NCBI GenBank assembly: GCA_026914245.1
Contig: CP110439.1
Coordinates: 7,936,001 to 8,000,000 of the forward strand
Origin: Puccinia triticina
Lineage: Eukaryota
Direction: 5' to 3'
DNA: 64,000 nt
The notes under the pieces: model-generated
Seen by the model: only the letters and a program-made list of their open reading frames with translations
What the model was told of the DNA's origin: nothing
Database searches by the model: none
Part shown: positions 63,101-64,000 of the stretch, piece after piece
Position numbering within the stretch: position 1 is the first letter of the stretch
Layout of the letters: each line of letters starts with the position of its first letter
Program-made: the position numbers and the translations under genes

Positions 63101-63322
63101 TCAGATGTGAGACTTCCCACAGCCTGTCCCGGCCATCACAAATGTGTTCCGTCCCTTGACTAAATTCACCACTGCATCAATTTGGAACGGATTTGGTGGC
63201 TTGTTTTCAGGGTAGCGGGGTAAGCAGTCATCAATTATTGCTTCCGTTAAATCACTTTTGTTCATCCGGGTCCATTTACTTGCTAGCCAAGCCTTTGTTG
63301 ACTTGTTCTTTGTGGGTGGCAT
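63101..63322 (-). pseudogene. RecQ/Sgs1-like superfamily-2 helicase N-terminal fragment
   Basis: PNPFQIDAVVNLVKGRNTFVMAGTGCGKS matches the Q-motif and Walker A. The reading frame ends immediately after. Confidence 0.65.
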
Positions 63323-63807
63323 TCTTAGGCAAGTTACAGAGTTTTGAGGACTTCAATGTGCAGGTGATGTGTACTGGTGAGTGATACATAGTAATGTGCT
63401 GGAATTCTTGATCTGTGATTTCTACCTCTGGTGTTTTCTTGCTTGTCAATCTCTTTTGTCTGTTGTTGTCAATCTCTTTGTTTATCCATTCATCTCTTTA
63501 TTAGGGGGTATCAAATATGACCAAACCCACCATTACCTTGATTGCAAAAGCAAAAAAAGTTCTTTTTTGGCCAGGGCCTTTCAAATATAAGACAAAAAAA
63601 TACCTGTTCTCAACCAAATAAATCTGATTTTGAAGTACAAATCAAATCATCCCAGCCAAAATATCATCCACACACCAACCTCAACCACCCAGACTTCATT
63701 CAAATCTGTTTTTTCAAGGTAAGTTTTACCCCCACTTCAATTCAAAGTATACTTATACCTTTGATCCCATTGATCTCTTTCTCATCCTTCTTCATCATAC
63801 CAACAGA

Positions 63808-64000
63808 ATGGCCCAAAACAAATTTTTGGCAGCAAAGAAACCAACGCAGAAGGAATCAAGGTGCTTCCTTAAGAACCGATTCCCAAAGAACAATTCAGGA
63901 GAGGTGGACAAAATCGCTACTACCCAAGGTCATCTGAAGCAAGAAGATTACCTTATCATAATCAACTGGCTCAGAGACAGGAAAAACTACATTGCTTGTT
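63808..64000 (+). CDS. Hypothetical ORF start, probably transposon-associated, runs off the window
   Basis: ATG right after a GT-AG intron (63719-63806); 64 open codons ending HLKQEDYLIIINWLRDRKNYIAC. Confidence 0.45.
   Translation, partial: MAQNKFLAAKKPTQKESRCFLKNRFPKNNSGEVDKIATTQGHLKQEDYLIIINWLRDRKNYIAC

Overview
Eukaryotic, intron-rich fungal DNA. The gene and transposon types point to a rust fungus (Pucciniales, probably Puccinia); this is an inference. The window holds about seven spliced or single-exon host genes: a PNGase A-family amidase (5'-truncated by the window edge), a type-I membrane protein, an F-BAR protein, an RRM/RD-rich RNA-binding protein, a long arrestin-like protein, dephospho-CoA kinase and RRP8. 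They lie between dense nests of transposable elements (about 2.9-24.4 kb, 42.7-48.7 kb, 50.5-60 kb, 61.6-64 kb). Many element boundaries were resolved by eye from terminal repeats and target-site duplications (TSDs). Most notable observations: (1) two diverged LTR-like elements each carry a 90-94-nt intron bracketed by an exact 33-bp direct repeat that folds into a hairpin of conserved shape, suggesting a way to restore an intron through reverse transcription; (2) a family of TG...CA elements without terminal inverted repeats (TIRs) inserts with 4-bp TSDs at CCGG/ACGG(CCGT), the target rule of Ginger1 integrases, including two stacked in one ACGG site inside a third; (3) a young gag-only Copia element; (4) an array of alternating inverted 9-mers whose spacers occur in both orientations; (5) a one-sided staircase of Harbinger and hAT elements. 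Exon boundaries and product names come from motif recognition, not database searches.
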